Shown here in pieces: positions 18,206-27,963 of a DNA stretch of 64,000 bases (the first letter of the stretch is position 1; every line of letters begins with the position of its first letter). A program made the translations under genes and the position numbers. Origin of the DNA: Candidatus Calditenuaceae archaeon (GTDB lineage: Archaea > Thermoproteota > Nitrososphaeria_A > Caldarchaeales > Calditenuaceae); NCBI GenBank assembly GCA_025059595.1, contig JANXDI010000015.1:89872-153871 (forward strand), written 5' to 3'. The notes beneath the pieces are model-generated. The model was given only the letters and a program-made list of their open reading frames with translations, was not told where the DNA came from and made no database searches.

Positions 18206-20533
18206 GTGAATATTTTCGTGAAGGTTATAGTCGGAATTATCCTCGTCTTGGCCCTCCTTTTCGCGTCCGCACCTGAGCTGGCCAACTCTCTGGAGGAGGC
18301 TCATCTCGGCCGCGAAACCGGGCTGACGCCCCTAGCGAGGCTTGAATTTCAGTCAACGAAGCTTGTTTCAGGACTTCTTACGGGTAGGCTTGGAGTCGTC
18401 GCGAGAGGGGAAGACCCTTTGATGAAGCTTGGCGAGGAGGGTGAGGAATATCGGGAAAGGAGGCGCGAAATAGGCGAGGGCGAGGGTGGGCCGATGATTC
18501 CAGCCCTACAAGCGCCGGGCGCCGCAGGCATTCTAGTCCCCTTCAGGAGCCCAGCGCCAGCATTCAGCAGAAACATAATAATTACGCGGGACTTTAGTAG
18601 GGCTCCTATACAGACCGAGCCTCACATCGCGGTGAACCCTAAGAATCCCAACCACTTACTGGTGGGAGTCATTGACTACAACTTCGCCGGGGTGAGCGCC
18701 TATGTTAGCTTAGACGGTGGAGAGACTTGGATTGGGCCGCGGCAGCTCAGATACTTGAAGGATGACCAGGGGTCAGGTGGCGACCCTGTCGTAGCTTTTG
18801 ACAGGGAAGGGAACGCCTACTTTGCCTCAATCTCGATAGGCGTCGAGGAGTTTAGGATTGGCACGGCTGTTTCCGAGGAGGTTGTCTCGAGTATAGTGGT
18901 GGCTAAGAGCGTCGACGGCGGCTTCACATGGTCTGAGCCTATATCCGTGGCAAGGAGTGGAATAACGTTCAGAAACGTTGGAGTTGATGAGAGAGGTAGG
19001 CTGAGGGGAAGCATAGCATTCTCATTCCTCGATAAGCCATGGATGGATGTGGGTCCAGATAAGGCCGACCCGCGCCGCGACGCGATATACGTGACCTACA
19101 CCGAGTTCGCCGTAGTCTGGGACATTTTTTACGTGGAGGAGCTCGTGTTCTTAGGCAATCCGCGCATAGAGTCGGTAATCAAGCTAGTCAAGTCCTCCAC
19201 CGACTTTACAGTCATGACGCCTCCCATTCAAATCAGCCCGGTCGTCGTGCGAGGCTTCGGTGAAGAAGCCGCCCAGAAGAGGGTTGTCCAAGGGTCCCAG
19301 CCCGCGGTCGCTCCCGATGGAACGGTCTATGTCGCCTGGCTAGACACACTCGACGACGACAGCGCCAAAGGACTAGGAGAGATTCACGTGTCTAGGAGCG
19401 CCGATGGTGGAAGGACATGGAGCAGGCCCATTAGAGCGGCCGTCTTCAACGAAGTCAGCTTCCTACCACGTAACGCAGCCTTCAGAAACTGGGGCTCCTC
19501 ATTCCCCCAGATGGCGGTCGGCCCAGCGGGTGAGGTCTACATCGTATTTGTAGGCAGACCAGCAGACAAACAGTTAGATGATGGAGACATCTATTTCGTC
19601 AGGAGCCTCGACGGAGGCGCCACGTGGTCTCAGCCGAAAAGGCTCAACGACGACGAGACAAGCAGGCTCCAATTCTTCCCCTCAGTAACCGTTGACCCTA
19701 AGGGCGTGGTTCACGTGATGTGGGGTGACATGAGGGATGACCCCGTCGAGATAAAATATCATATCTACTACACGACTTCGCAGGATAAGGGCGAGACATG
19801 GGGGTTCGAGATACCTGAGCTCAGACAGAGATTCGGGAGCACAAGGGTCACCGACGCCTACAGCAACCCCAACTACGGCTTCCCCGGCGGCAGGTTCATC
19901 GGTGACTACTTCTCCATTAAGGCGACCGCTGAGGATGTCTATATGGTCTGGGCTGACTGTAGGCTTGGAGAATTCATAGGCGTAAATCAGAAAATAGCCT
20001 TCGCCCGGAGGAGGGCCATGACCGCTCCCTCCATCTTCGTCTCCCCACCCACAGGCGTCGCGGGCAGGGACATAACCATCGTGGGCTCAAACTTCCAGCC
20101 CGACTCCAACATATACATAGAGCTCTCGGGAAGCGTCGTCGCCTACACCAAGACAACCGAAGAAGGCGCATTTGCCGTTCGCATCTTCACGCCTCTAACG
20201 TCTGAGGGCCCGCAGACGCTTGTGGCGTACGACCAGACAGGTAACGCGGCCGTGGCGAGCTTCTACATCGAGTTCGGATTCAACACACTTGCAGATAAAG
20301 TAGCCGCGCTAGAGTCTGAGAGAGCCGTGATTAGAAACCTTACGGCGGAGATTCGCGAGCTCAGCAGCGCGATGAAGGCTGGAGGTAGTGGAGCGTCGAA
20401 TGGCGGCCGAGAAGACGGCCAGACGGTGGAGCTTCCGTGGATTATTTTAACGGCGGTGGCAGGCGTGGCTGCCGGCTTGGCGGCTGGGTTGATTTTATCG
20501 AAGAGGCTCCAGAAGAAGAAGCAGACAGCATAG
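18206..20533 (+). CDS. BNR/Asp-box repeat beta-propeller surface protein (sialidase/GH74-like fold) with signal peptide, C-terminal coiled coil and TM anchor
   Basis: Five S-x-D-G-G-x-T-W Asp-box motifs (SLDGGETW, SVDGGFTW, SADGGRTW, SLDGGATW, SQDKGETW). N-terminal hydrophobic signal. C-terminus LPWIILTAVAGVAAGLAAGLILSKRLQKKKQTA. Confidence 0.7.
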   Translation: MNIFVKVIVGIILVLALLFASAPELANSLEEAHLGRETGLTPLARLEFQSTKLVSGLLTGRLGVVARGEDPLMKLGEEGEEYRERRREIGEGEGGPMIPALQAPGAAGILVPFRSPAPAFSRNIIITRDFSRAPIQTEPHIAVNPKNPNHLLVGVIDYNFAGVSAYVSLDGGETWIGPRQLRYLKDDQGSGGDPVVAFDREGNAYFASISIGVEEFRIGTAVSEEVVSSIVVAKSVDGGFTWSEPISVARSGITFRNVGVDERGRLRGSIAFSFLDKPWMDVGPDKADPRRDAIYVTYTEFAVVWDIFYVEELVFLGNPRIESVIKLVKSSTDFTVMTPPIQISPVVVRGFGEEAAQKRVVQGSQPAVAPDGTVYVAWLDTLDDDSAKGLGEIHVSRSADGGRTWSRPIRAAVFNEVSFLPRNAAFRNWGSSFPQMAVGPAGEVYIVFVGRPADKQLDDGDIYFVRSLDGGATWSQPKRLNDDETSRLQFFPSVTVDPKGVVHVMWGDMRDDPVEIKYHIYYTTSQDKGETWGFEIPELRQRFGSTRVTDAYSNPNYGFPGGRFIGDYFSIKATAEDVYMVWADCRLGEFIGVNQKIAFARRRAMTAPSIFVSPPTGVAGRDITIVGSNFQPDSNIYIELSGSVVAYTKTTEEGAFAVRIFTPLTSEGPQTLVAYDQTGNAAVASFYIEFGFNTLADKVAALESERAVIRNLTAEIRELSSAMKAGGSGASNGGREDGQTVELPWIILTAVAGVAAGLAAGLILSKRLQKKKQTA

Positions 20534-20678
20534 ACAGCCTGCTTTTTGGGCTTCACAGTGGGCCGAGGGTATCCAGTACTTCTACCCCCCCAAAGTGGCT
20601 CGCACAGCTCCGCTGAGATTTTCAGTAGCGGCCCAAAACTTATCTATCCGACCGTAAATTTATTCGCTAAGAACCGGT

Positions 20679-23249
20679 ATGCAGCATCTAGTGGCCTTAG
20701 TCCTCATCGGGCTTCTAGGTATAGCGCAGTTCGCATTATTTGCGGATGTTTCTTTAGGCCAGCCCCAGGTTAGCGGCCCCGCGGCTGAGAAGCTTATCTT
20801 CCGCGGAATAGGCTCGCAGGACATCGCCGATAGGGAGATTAAGGCTGGAAGGCTGGACCTCTTCCTCTTCAACCTCAAGACCGAGACTGCGCGCCGCCTG
20901 AGAACCGACCCCACAATCAAACTCCTTGAGACGCCTGCAACCATGTATTCGATAATCTTGAACCCTGCGCCGGCTCCTTCTGGGCAGCTCAACCCATTCT
21001 CAATCAGAGAGGTGAGGCAGGCAATTCAGTATCTCGTGAACAGGGAAGAGGTGGTCTCTGTAATCTTTAAGGGGCTCGCCCAGCCCATGTTTACCTTCGT
21101 AAGCCCCTTTGACCTCGACTACGTTACGGTCTTCGAGGATGTCAAGTCTCTTGGCATTCGTTATGACCCGGACTACGCCCGGTCTGTAATTTCAGATGCG
21201 ATGAGAAGGGCTGGCGCGGAGCTGGTTGACGGTGTCTGGAGGATTGGGGGGCGGGAGATTTCTCTGAAGCTCATCTATAGGGCGGAGGACGAGAGGAGGG
21301 AGATTGGCGAGATGCTTCGCACTGAGTTGGAGAGAGTAGGGTTCAGGGTTGAGCCTATTCTACTGGAGTTTGGGCCGGCTGTTGAGCGGGTCTACTCGCG
21401 AGACCCGGCCGCTTTTGACTGGCACATCTACACCGAGGGTTGGGGGAGGGGGGGAGCGGCGCGATACGAAGCTGGGAGCATTAACCAGTTCTGCGCACCG
21501 TGGCTCGGAAACATGCCCGGCTGGAGGGAGGTCGGGTTCTGGCAGTATGAGAACTCGACTCTAGACGAGCTCGGCCAGAGGCTCTTCAAGGGAGATTACA
21601 GCAGTAAAGAGGAGCGTGACGAGCTCTTCAGGAGAATGACAAGCCTCTGCGTTCAAGAGTCGGTCAGGGTCTGGGTAGCCACCGCAGTCAGCGTCTTTCC
21701 AGCCAGCCCAGACCTATCGCCACTCGTCCTCGACATAGTCGGGGGCCCACGCTCAATCTACACACTCAGAGAGGCCCTAAACCCGGGGCGAGCCGATAGA
21801 AGCCTCGTCGTAGGCCATCTTTGGGTCGAGCCACCTGGTGGAAGGAGCGCGTGGAATCCGGTAGGAGGCTTCGGAGACGTATACAGCGTCGACATCTACC
21901 GGAACATTAATGACCCGCCTCTCGCGCGCCACCCGTTCTCGGGGAAGCCGATACCCTTCAGGGCGGAGTTTAAAGTAGAGGCCTCATCTCCTCGGCCCAC
22001 AGTTCAGGTGCCGGGTGATGCATTCATCTGGGATGCCCAGGCGGGTGGATGGAGGAGGGTGGGTCCCGGAGTCACGGCTAAGAGCAAGGTCGTCTACGAC
22101 TTCTCGAAATACATCGGAACAAAGTGGCACCACGGCCAGGAGATAAGCTGGGCTGACATCCTCTACCCAATATACCAGGCCTTCGACATAGCCTACAACG
22201 ACAAGAAAAGCAGAATCGAGACGGCCATAGCAGTCACATCACGTCCATATCTCGAGACATTCAAGGGCTTCAGAATTTTAGACGGTTCGAGGCTCGAGGT
22301 CTACGTGGACTACTGGCACTTCGAGCCTGAGGTGGTGGCGGAATATGCGCTTCCAACCTCTGTCTCCATGCCGTGGGAGGTCCTGCTCGCGATGGATACT
22401 CTTGTCTTTGAGAGGAGACGGGCCGCATACTCGGATACCGCAGCAGCAAGGTTCAACCCTGAGTTCGGCTGGATAAACTTGGTTAAGGAGCGCGTCTCGA
22501 GACACTTGGCCGAGGTAGTGCTAAGCGAGTTTCTCGCCGCGAAATTCGTGGCTGAGAAGGTGCTGAACATCGATGGTGTTTACCGGGTGAGCGCGGGTGA
22601 GGCTGAAGCGAGGTATCGAGCCGCGATAGAATGGTTCAGGGCCCGTAGACATCTCGTCATAGGTCAGGGACCCTTCATGTTGGAGAGGTTCGACGGCCCA
22701 AGCCAGACAGCGGAGCTAGCGGCCTTCAGGGACCCGACCTACCCCTTCAAGCCAGGAAGATGGTCAGAGTTCACCCGGCTTCCACAATTCACGCTCACCT
22801 CTCCCGCCACCGGCGAACTTAACACGCAGACAGGCGGCACAATCACCCTCAAGCTAGCAGCTCCACAGGGAACCAAGGTCAGATACATCATCCAAGACGC
22901 TGCGCGGGTCCAAGTCGTCGCTAGCGGAGATGCAACACCAAAGCCTGAGGGCGTCTACGAAGTTAGGGTCTCACCGGAGACTGCATCAAGGCTCAGACCC
23001 GGTCTCTACAGACTCTCGATGCTTGCATACAGCCCAGACGAGTTAGGGGTCGTGCTTGAGGTCGAGAGTGAGCTCCGGGTCACGGCGGAGCAGACCGCAA
23101 CCACTAGGGAGACAATCACTCAGACTACACCAACTACTACGCCGAGCGCCCAAACCCCACAGCAAACACCACTTTTATTCGTGGGAATAGGGCTCGCAGC
23201 TGTGGTTGCCCTAGTCTTGGTGGCGCTATTGAGGCGTAGGGGGAGGTAG
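20679..23249 (+). CDS. ABC transporter substrate-binding protein, family 5 (oligopeptide/oligosaccharide type), C-terminal Thr-rich linker and TM anchor
   Basis: 856 aa, N-terminal signal, SBP_bac_5-like features. C-terminus TTRETITQTTPTTTPSAQTPQQT followed by a hydrophobic anchor and RRRGR. Confidence 0.75.
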   Translation: MQHLVALVLIGLLGIAQFALFADVSLGQPQVSGPAAEKLIFRGIGSQDIADREIKAGRLDLFLFNLKTETARRLRTDPTIKLLETPATMYSIILNPAPAPSGQLNPFSIREVRQAIQYLVNREEVVSVIFKGLAQPMFTFVSPFDLDYVTVFEDVKSLGIRYDPDYARSVISDAMRRAGAELVDGVWRIGGREISLKLIYRAEDERREIGEMLRTELERVGFRVEPILLEFGPAVERVYSRDPAAFDWHIYTEGWGRGGAARYEAGSINQFCAPWLGNMPGWREVGFWQYENSTLDELGQRLFKGDYSSKEERDELFRRMTSLCVQESVRVWVATAVSVFPASPDLSPLVLDIVGGPRSIYTLREALNPGRADRSLVVGHLWVEPPGGRSAWNPVGGFGDVYSVDIYRNINDPPLARHPFSGKPIPFRAEFKVEASSPRPTVQVPGDAFIWDAQAGGWRRVGPGVTAKSKVVYDFSKYIGTKWHHGQEISWADILYPIYQAFDIAYNDKKSRIETAIAVTSRPYLETFKGFRILDGSRLEVYVDYWHFEPEVVAEYALPTSVSMPWEVLLAMDTLVFERRRAAYSDTAAARFNPEFGWINLVKERVSRHLAEVVLSEFLAAKFVAEKVLNIDGVYRVSAGEAEARYRAAIEWFRARRHLVIGQGPFMLERFDGPSQTAELAAFRDPTYPFKPGRWSEFTRLPQFTLTSPATGELNTQTGGTITLKLAAPQGTKVRYIIQDAARVQVVASGDATPKPEGVYEVRVSPETASRLRPGLYRLSMLAYSPDELGVVLEVESELRVTAEQTATTRETITQTTPTTTPSAQTPQQTPLLFVGIGLAAVVALVLVALLRRRGR

Positions 23250-24295
23250 TGGGCGTAGCTAGAACACTGGCGGTTCGGGCCCTTTCACTCGGCCTAGTTT
23301 TACTCGTAGTAATCGCCATACTCGTCGCCATACTCGGCGTGAGCGGGTTCTCAGAGAGGGTTATAACGGCCACGATAAACGAGGAGTTGAGAAACCTCCG
23401 ACAGGCACTGGCACAGCGCATAACTGACCCCACGGAGCTTGAGAATGTCCTCGCCGCCCGCAGGCAAGAGCTCATCGAATCGTATGGGCTGGATAAGCCC
23501 TGGTATTACAGGCTACCCGACATGATTCGCCGCGTTGTCCTCCTCGACTTGGGCGAGTCAAGAGTCATCGAGGGGTTCAGCGGAAGCAGGAGAGTCAGTG
23601 ACATTATACTGGAGAGGATGCCTTTCACACTGATGCTCGTAACCTCAGCGGTCGTGATCTCCACACTGGCGGGAATTTATATAGGCCTCAACCTGGCCCT
23701 GAACCCGGGAAGCCGAAGGGACAGAGCAATCGTCTATCTAGCCGCGATCTCGAACGGGCTTCCAAGCTGGTGGACTGGAATAATTCTCCTGCTAGTGTTC
23801 GTCTATTACGTGAGACTCATGCCGCCGGGCGGCATTATGAGCTCACCTCCACCGACGGAGCCACATTTAATTGCCTTAGACATTATCTGGCACTCAGTTC
23901 TCCCCCTCACGACACTCGTAGCAGTGAGCATAGGTCCATCGGTTTACGCAGCGAGGACCATAGTCCTAAATGTGGCTCAGGAGGACTTTGTGTCCGTTGC
24001 GAGGGCGCGTGGTTTGCCTGAGAGCATTATTCTCCGGAGACATATATTGAGGGCCGCTGCTCCTCCAATCGTAACCATAGTTGTCTTCAGCCTCGCAGGC
24101 TCACTCGGAGGCGCGATACTCACAGAGACGATATTCAACTGGCCAGGGATGGGTAGGCTCTACTACGACGCCGTCGTAAGGGGAGACGAGGCAATAATAA
24201 TCGCCCTCACATACATGTACGGCCTCATCTACGTCGCCGCGCGACTGCTGCTAGAGGCACTCTACCTCATACTAGACCCACGAGTCCGCTTCTGA
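23249..24295 (+). CDS. ABC transporter permease (DppB/OppB-like)
   Basis: N-terminal TM, BPD_transp_1-like core, C-terminal LILDPRVRF typical of DppB/OppB. Overlaps the SBP stop. Confidence 0.8.
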   Translation: MGVARTLAVRALSLGLVLLVVIAILVAILGVSGFSERVITATINEELRNLRQALAQRITDPTELENVLAARRQELIESYGLDKPWYYRLPDMIRRVVLLDLGESRVIEGFSGSRRVSDIILERMPFTLMLVTSAVVISTLAGIYIGLNLALNPGSRRDRAIVYLAAISNGLPSWWTGIILLLVFVYYVRLMPPGGIMSSPPPTEPHLIALDIIWHSVLPLTTLVAVSIGPSVYAARTIVLNVAQEDFVSVARARGLPESIILRRHILRAAAPPIVTIVVFSLAGSLGGAILTETIFNWPGMGRLYYDAVVRGDEAIIIALTYMYGLIYVAARLLLEALYLILDPRVRF

Positions 24296-24345
24296 GCATT
24301 AACCGAGCCAACACTTATTAGAGGCGTAGCACCACGGAGAGCGGG

Positions 24346-24948
24346 ATGAAAAGCCTAACAGAGGCCAAATACATCGGTGGAGTAGGCTCTATACTTCTTC
24401 TCCTCACGGTTGTCCCAGAGGCGGGCCTCTTCCTCTTCATCGCCGGAATAATCCTGGTAGCGATAGCGGCTAAGAGGATAGCAGACTCTGTTGGCGATTC
24501 CTCGATATTCAACAACATGCTGCTCGGCATTATTCTCTCGATTGTAGGTGGCGCCGCTGGAGTTGCGGTCGGCTTTGCCCTCGGGTTATCGAGCTTCTTC
24601 AGAATCTTTTCCACGCCCCTCCTTACCGGTGATTTTCAATTTGACTTCACAGACCCGGAGCTCTTCCAGCTCCTCACCGAATTGGCGGTTGCTGTGCTTG
24701 CCGCGATCGTCGTAATCTGGGTCTTCGCCATCGCATCCAGCATATTCATCAGGCGAAGCTACGCATCAATCTCGAAGGGCCTTAACGCGGGCCTATTCTC
24801 CACCGTCGGCCTCCTCTATCTAATAGGAGCCGCTACATCGATAATTCTGATCGGATTCGTAATCCTGTTCATCGCGGTCATAATCCAGATTATAGCCTTC
24901 TTCACGATGCCCGAGGAGTTACCGCAGCTGGCCCCCCAGCAAACTTAA
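24346..24948 (+). CDS. Polytopic membrane protein (possibly DUF996-like)
   Basis: Four to five hydrophobic helices. N-terminus MKSLTEAKYIGGVGSILLLL. No catalytic motifs. Confidence 0.35.
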   Translation: MKSLTEAKYIGGVGSILLLLTVVPEAGLFLFIAGIILVAIAAKRIADSVGDSSIFNNMLLGIILSIVGGAAGVAVGFALGLSSFFRIFSTPLLTGDFQFDFTDPELFQLLTELAVAVLAAIVVIWVFAIASSIFIRRSYASISKGLNAGLFSTVGLLYLIGAATSIILIGFVILFIAVIIQIIAFFTMPEELPQLAPQQT

Positions 24949-24997
24949 CGTTGGATGCTCCGAAAAGCCAATATGAGGCGAAAAACGACTCATACCG

Positions 24998-26029
24998 ATG
25001 CTTAGAGAGCTCCCTATTCCACCTCACTTCAACCCATCCAAGGCCGATAGCATCTGGCGCGTCCCCTACCAAGAGAGGGCCTCTGAGGCCCTCGAGTGGC
25101 TGATGAAACACTCGATCACGGCCTCGGAGACAGACGATTTTAGAGTCTGCTTGATATTGATTGACGTTCAAAACACGTTCTGTATGCCTGGTTTCGAGCT
25201 TTTCGTGGCTGGGAGAACGGGTAGGGGAGCTGTGGAGGACTGTCAGAGAATTGCTTCGTTCATCTACCGCAACTTAGCCTCGATAACTCGGATAGTGGCC
25301 ACGATGGATACGCATCAGGCTTACCAGATATTTCACTCGGTCTTCTTCGAGGATGAGGATGGGAATCATCCAACCCCCTATACGAGAATAACTGTGGACG
25401 ACGTCAAGAGCGGTAGATGGAGAGTCTCGAAGGAGGCTGCAAGAACCATCGGTATAAGCCACGATTACCTAAAGGCATATGTAAGACATTACGTCGAGAC
25501 ACTGGAGAAAGGAGGAAAATACGAGCTTACGATTTGGCCCTATCACGCGATGCTCGGCGGCATCGGCCACGCCCTAGTCCCAATTGTAGAGGAGGCGGTT
25601 TTCTTCCACAGTATAGCTCGTTCATCACAGCCACTCATCCGGACTAAAGGCTTCTCACCTCTGACGGAGCACTACTCCGCGCTCGGCCCCGAGGTTAAGA
25701 GGGGCCCCGGAGGCGAGGTCATCGGCGAAAGGGATGAGCAGCTGATTAACCACCTGCTCACCTACGACGCCCTAATCGTGGCAGGAGAGGCCAAGAGCCA
25801 CTGCGTAGCTTGGACAGTCTCCGACCTTATTGAGGCTCTGAAGGAGAGGGCCCCGAGCCTCGTCTCCAGAATCTATCTGCTCGAGGACTGCACTTCGCCG
25901 GTTGTCGTTCCAGGGGTCGTGGATTACTCCACGGAGGCGGACCTAGCCTATAAGAGGTTTGAGGCTGAGGGGGCACGTATCGTTAAGTCAACTCAGCCAA
26001 TGAACTTTTGGCCCGGTATGCAGGGCTAA
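24998..26029 (+). CDS. Isochorismatase-family cysteine hydrolase-like protein (enlarged, 343 aa)
   Basis: LILIDVQNTF (catalytic Asp region) and GEAKSHCVAWTVSDL (nucleophile Cys region) match the D-K-C triad layout of isochorismatase/nicotinamidase-like hydrolases, with a large insertion. Confidence 0.5.
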   Translation: MLRELPIPPHFNPSKADSIWRVPYQERASEALEWLMKHSITASETDDFRVCLILIDVQNTFCMPGFELFVAGRTGRGAVEDCQRIASFIYRNLASITRIVATMDTHQAYQIFHSVFFEDEDGNHPTPYTRITVDDVKSGRWRVSKEAARTIGISHDYLKAYVRHYVETLEKGGKYELTIWPYHAMLGGIGHALVPIVEEAVFFHSIARSSQPLIRTKGFSPLTEHYSALGPEVKRGPGGEVIGERDEQLINHLLTYDALIVAGEAKSHCVAWTVSDLIEALKERAPSLVSRIYLLEDCTSPVVVPGVVDYSTEADLAYKRFEAEGARIVKSTQPMNFWPGMQG

Positions 26030-26062
26030 TTGAGAATGCGTATTTATGGTGGCTTATAGCCT

Positions 26063-26812
26063 GTGAGTGCTAGAAGCATGGAGCTATGGGTCTCCATAGA
26101 CTTGCTTGAAGGCCGCGTAGTCAGACTGATTAAGGGCGACCTCGGAAATATGTTCGTCTACTCAAATAATCCGGCATACGTAGCGAAGCAGCTGGCCTCT
26201 ACGGAGATAGACGGCATCCACGTAGTTGACATCGACGCGGCCTTAAACCGCGGAAGCAACATGGAGGTCATAAAGGAGATTGTTAAAAACGCGAAGGGCA
26301 AGACTGTTCAGGTGGGAGGAGGCTTACGGACGAAGGAGCGTGTCGAGAAAGTCTTCGAGACAGGGGTTGATAGGATAGTTATAGGCACAATCCTTTTCAA
26401 GGACAAGGCTCTGGTTCAGGAGCTTGTCAACAATTATGGGCCCGACAGGCTGATTGCTGCCCTCGACTTCAACAATGAAGGCATAGTCTATGAGGGCTGG
26501 AGCATGACTAGCCTTATGAGGCTGGAGGAGGGGTTTAGACTCGTTGATGACCTCTCACTTAAACTTGTCCTGATGACGGCGGTGGAGAGGGATGGCACGC
26601 TCGCAGGTCCAGACATCAGGTTCTTCCAGAAGATACCTGCCGAGAGGAGATCACACGTATATGCAAGCGGGGGAATTACCACCCCACGCGAGGTTAAGAT
26701 GCTCTCCGGCATAGGCTACCGGGGAATCATTCTCGGAAGAGCCTACTACGAGAAGCTGGCACCGATTAAAGACTACATCAAGGCCGCTAAGGGTGTATCC
26801 AGTGTTAGCTAA
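26063..26812 (+). CDS. hisA: ProFAR isomerase HisA
   Basis: TIM-barrel HisA motifs (VVDIDAA, VQVGGGLRT). Directly upstream of hisF with a 20 nt overlap. Confidence 0.8.
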   Translation: MSARSMELWVSIDLLEGRVVRLIKGDLGNMFVYSNNPAYVAKQLASTEIDGIHVVDIDAALNRGSNMEVIKEIVKNAKGKTVQVGGGLRTKERVEKVFETGVDRIVIGTILFKDKALVQELVNNYGPDRLIAALDFNNEGIVYEGWSMTSLMRLEEGFRLVDDLSLKLVLMTAVERDGTLAGPDIRFFQKIPAERRSHVYASGGITTPREVKMLSGIGYRGIILGRAYYEKLAPIKDYIKAAKGVSSVS

Positions 26813-27569
26813 GCGGATAATACCATGCCTTGATGTTCATCATGGTGTTGTTGTAAAGGGTGTTTCTTTTAAGCAGCTTCAGACGGCAGGAGACCCGGTG
26901 GACTTGGCGGCGAGATATGTGGATGAGGGGGCGGATGAGCTTGCCCTGCTCGATATATCCGCCTCAGTAGAGGGTAGGGAGACATTCATAGATGTCGTGA
27001 AAAGAGTTGCCTCCGAGATAAACGTCCCCTTCACCGTGGGAGGTGGTGTTAGAGGGGCCGAGGATGCTTACCGTATACTCGCTAACGGGGCCGACAAAGT
27101 CGCGGTCAACACCGCGGCAATCCAAAACACCTCAATAGTCACCAAAATATCAGAGAGGTTTGGCGCACAGTGCACTGTCTTAGCTATCGACGCTAAAAGG
27201 GAGAGCGGCCCTCACGGGCCGTGGTATCAAGTGTATAGCCACAGCGCAACTAGGCCGACGGGGCTTGACGCTGTAAAATGGGCCGTGAAGGGTGAGGAGC
27301 TCGGGGCGGGGGAGATTCTCCTCACCTCGATTGACCAGGATGGTCGGAGGACCGGATACGATGTAGATTTGCTGCGACGGATATCGAGCGCTGTCTCCAT
27401 TCCGGTTATAGCCAGCGGAGGAGCCGGAGAGCTCCGACACTTCCTCGAAGCGATTAAGGAAGGGGGCGCAGACGCGGTCCTCGCCGCCTCAGTTTTTCAC
27501 TACAAAATCTTCACCATCGGGCAGGTCAAGGAATATCTCAAGTCTCACGGCGTGGAGGTTAGGCTGTGA
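26793..27569 (+). CDS. hisF: Imidazole glycerol phosphate synthase cyclase subunit HisF
   Basis: N-terminus LAKRIIPCLDVHHGVVVKGVSF. Conserved TVGGGVR and SGGAG motifs. Confidence 0.9.
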   Translation: MYPVLAKRIIPCLDVHHGVVVKGVSFKQLQTAGDPVDLAARYVDEGADELALLDISASVEGRETFIDVVKRVASEINVPFTVGGGVRGAEDAYRILANGADKVAVNTAAIQNTSIVTKISERFGAQCTVLAIDAKRESGPHGPWYQVYSHSATRPTGLDAVKWAVKGEELGAGEILLTSIDQDGRRTGYDVDLLRRISSAVSIPVIASGGAGELRHFLEAIKEGGADAVLAASVFHYKIFTIGQVKEYLKSHGVEVRL

Positions 27570-27916
27570 CCGAGTTAGAGAAAGCTACAATCTCAGACTT
27601 GAATTTTTCAAAGCTGGGAGGCTTAGTGAACGTTGTTGTCCAAGACATTGAGACAGGGGAGGTGTTGATGTTCGCTCACGCTGATAGGGAGGCTATTGAG
27701 AGGACGCTCCGCGAGGGCCTCGCCTACTTCTACAGCAGGTCGAGAGCTAAGCTCTGGCTGAAGGGTGAAACTTCCGGGAACTACATGAAGGTCGTCGAGA
27801 TACTCGTGGACTGTGACGGCGACGCGGTTATCTACAGGGTAGTTCCACTGGGGCCCGTCTGCCACTTAGGCAGCAGAACATGCTTTACCCGAGTTCTGTC
27901 CTCAGAAACTGTATAA
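27566..27916 (+). CDS. hisI: Phosphoribosyl-AMP cyclohydrolase HisI
   Basis: 116 aa. Conserved LWLKGETSGN and C-x-x-G Zn-site region (VDCDGDAV, PVCHLGSRTCF). Confidence 0.85.
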   Translation: MTELEKATISDLNFSKLGGLVNVVVQDIETGEVLMFAHADREAIERTLREGLAYFYSRSRAKLWLKGETSGNYMKVVEILVDCDGDAVIYRVVPLGPVCHLGSRTCFTRVLSSETV

Positions 27917-27963
27917 TAGGTTAAGTAAATATAGCAGACAGCTTAAAAGTATTTCGATAGCAC

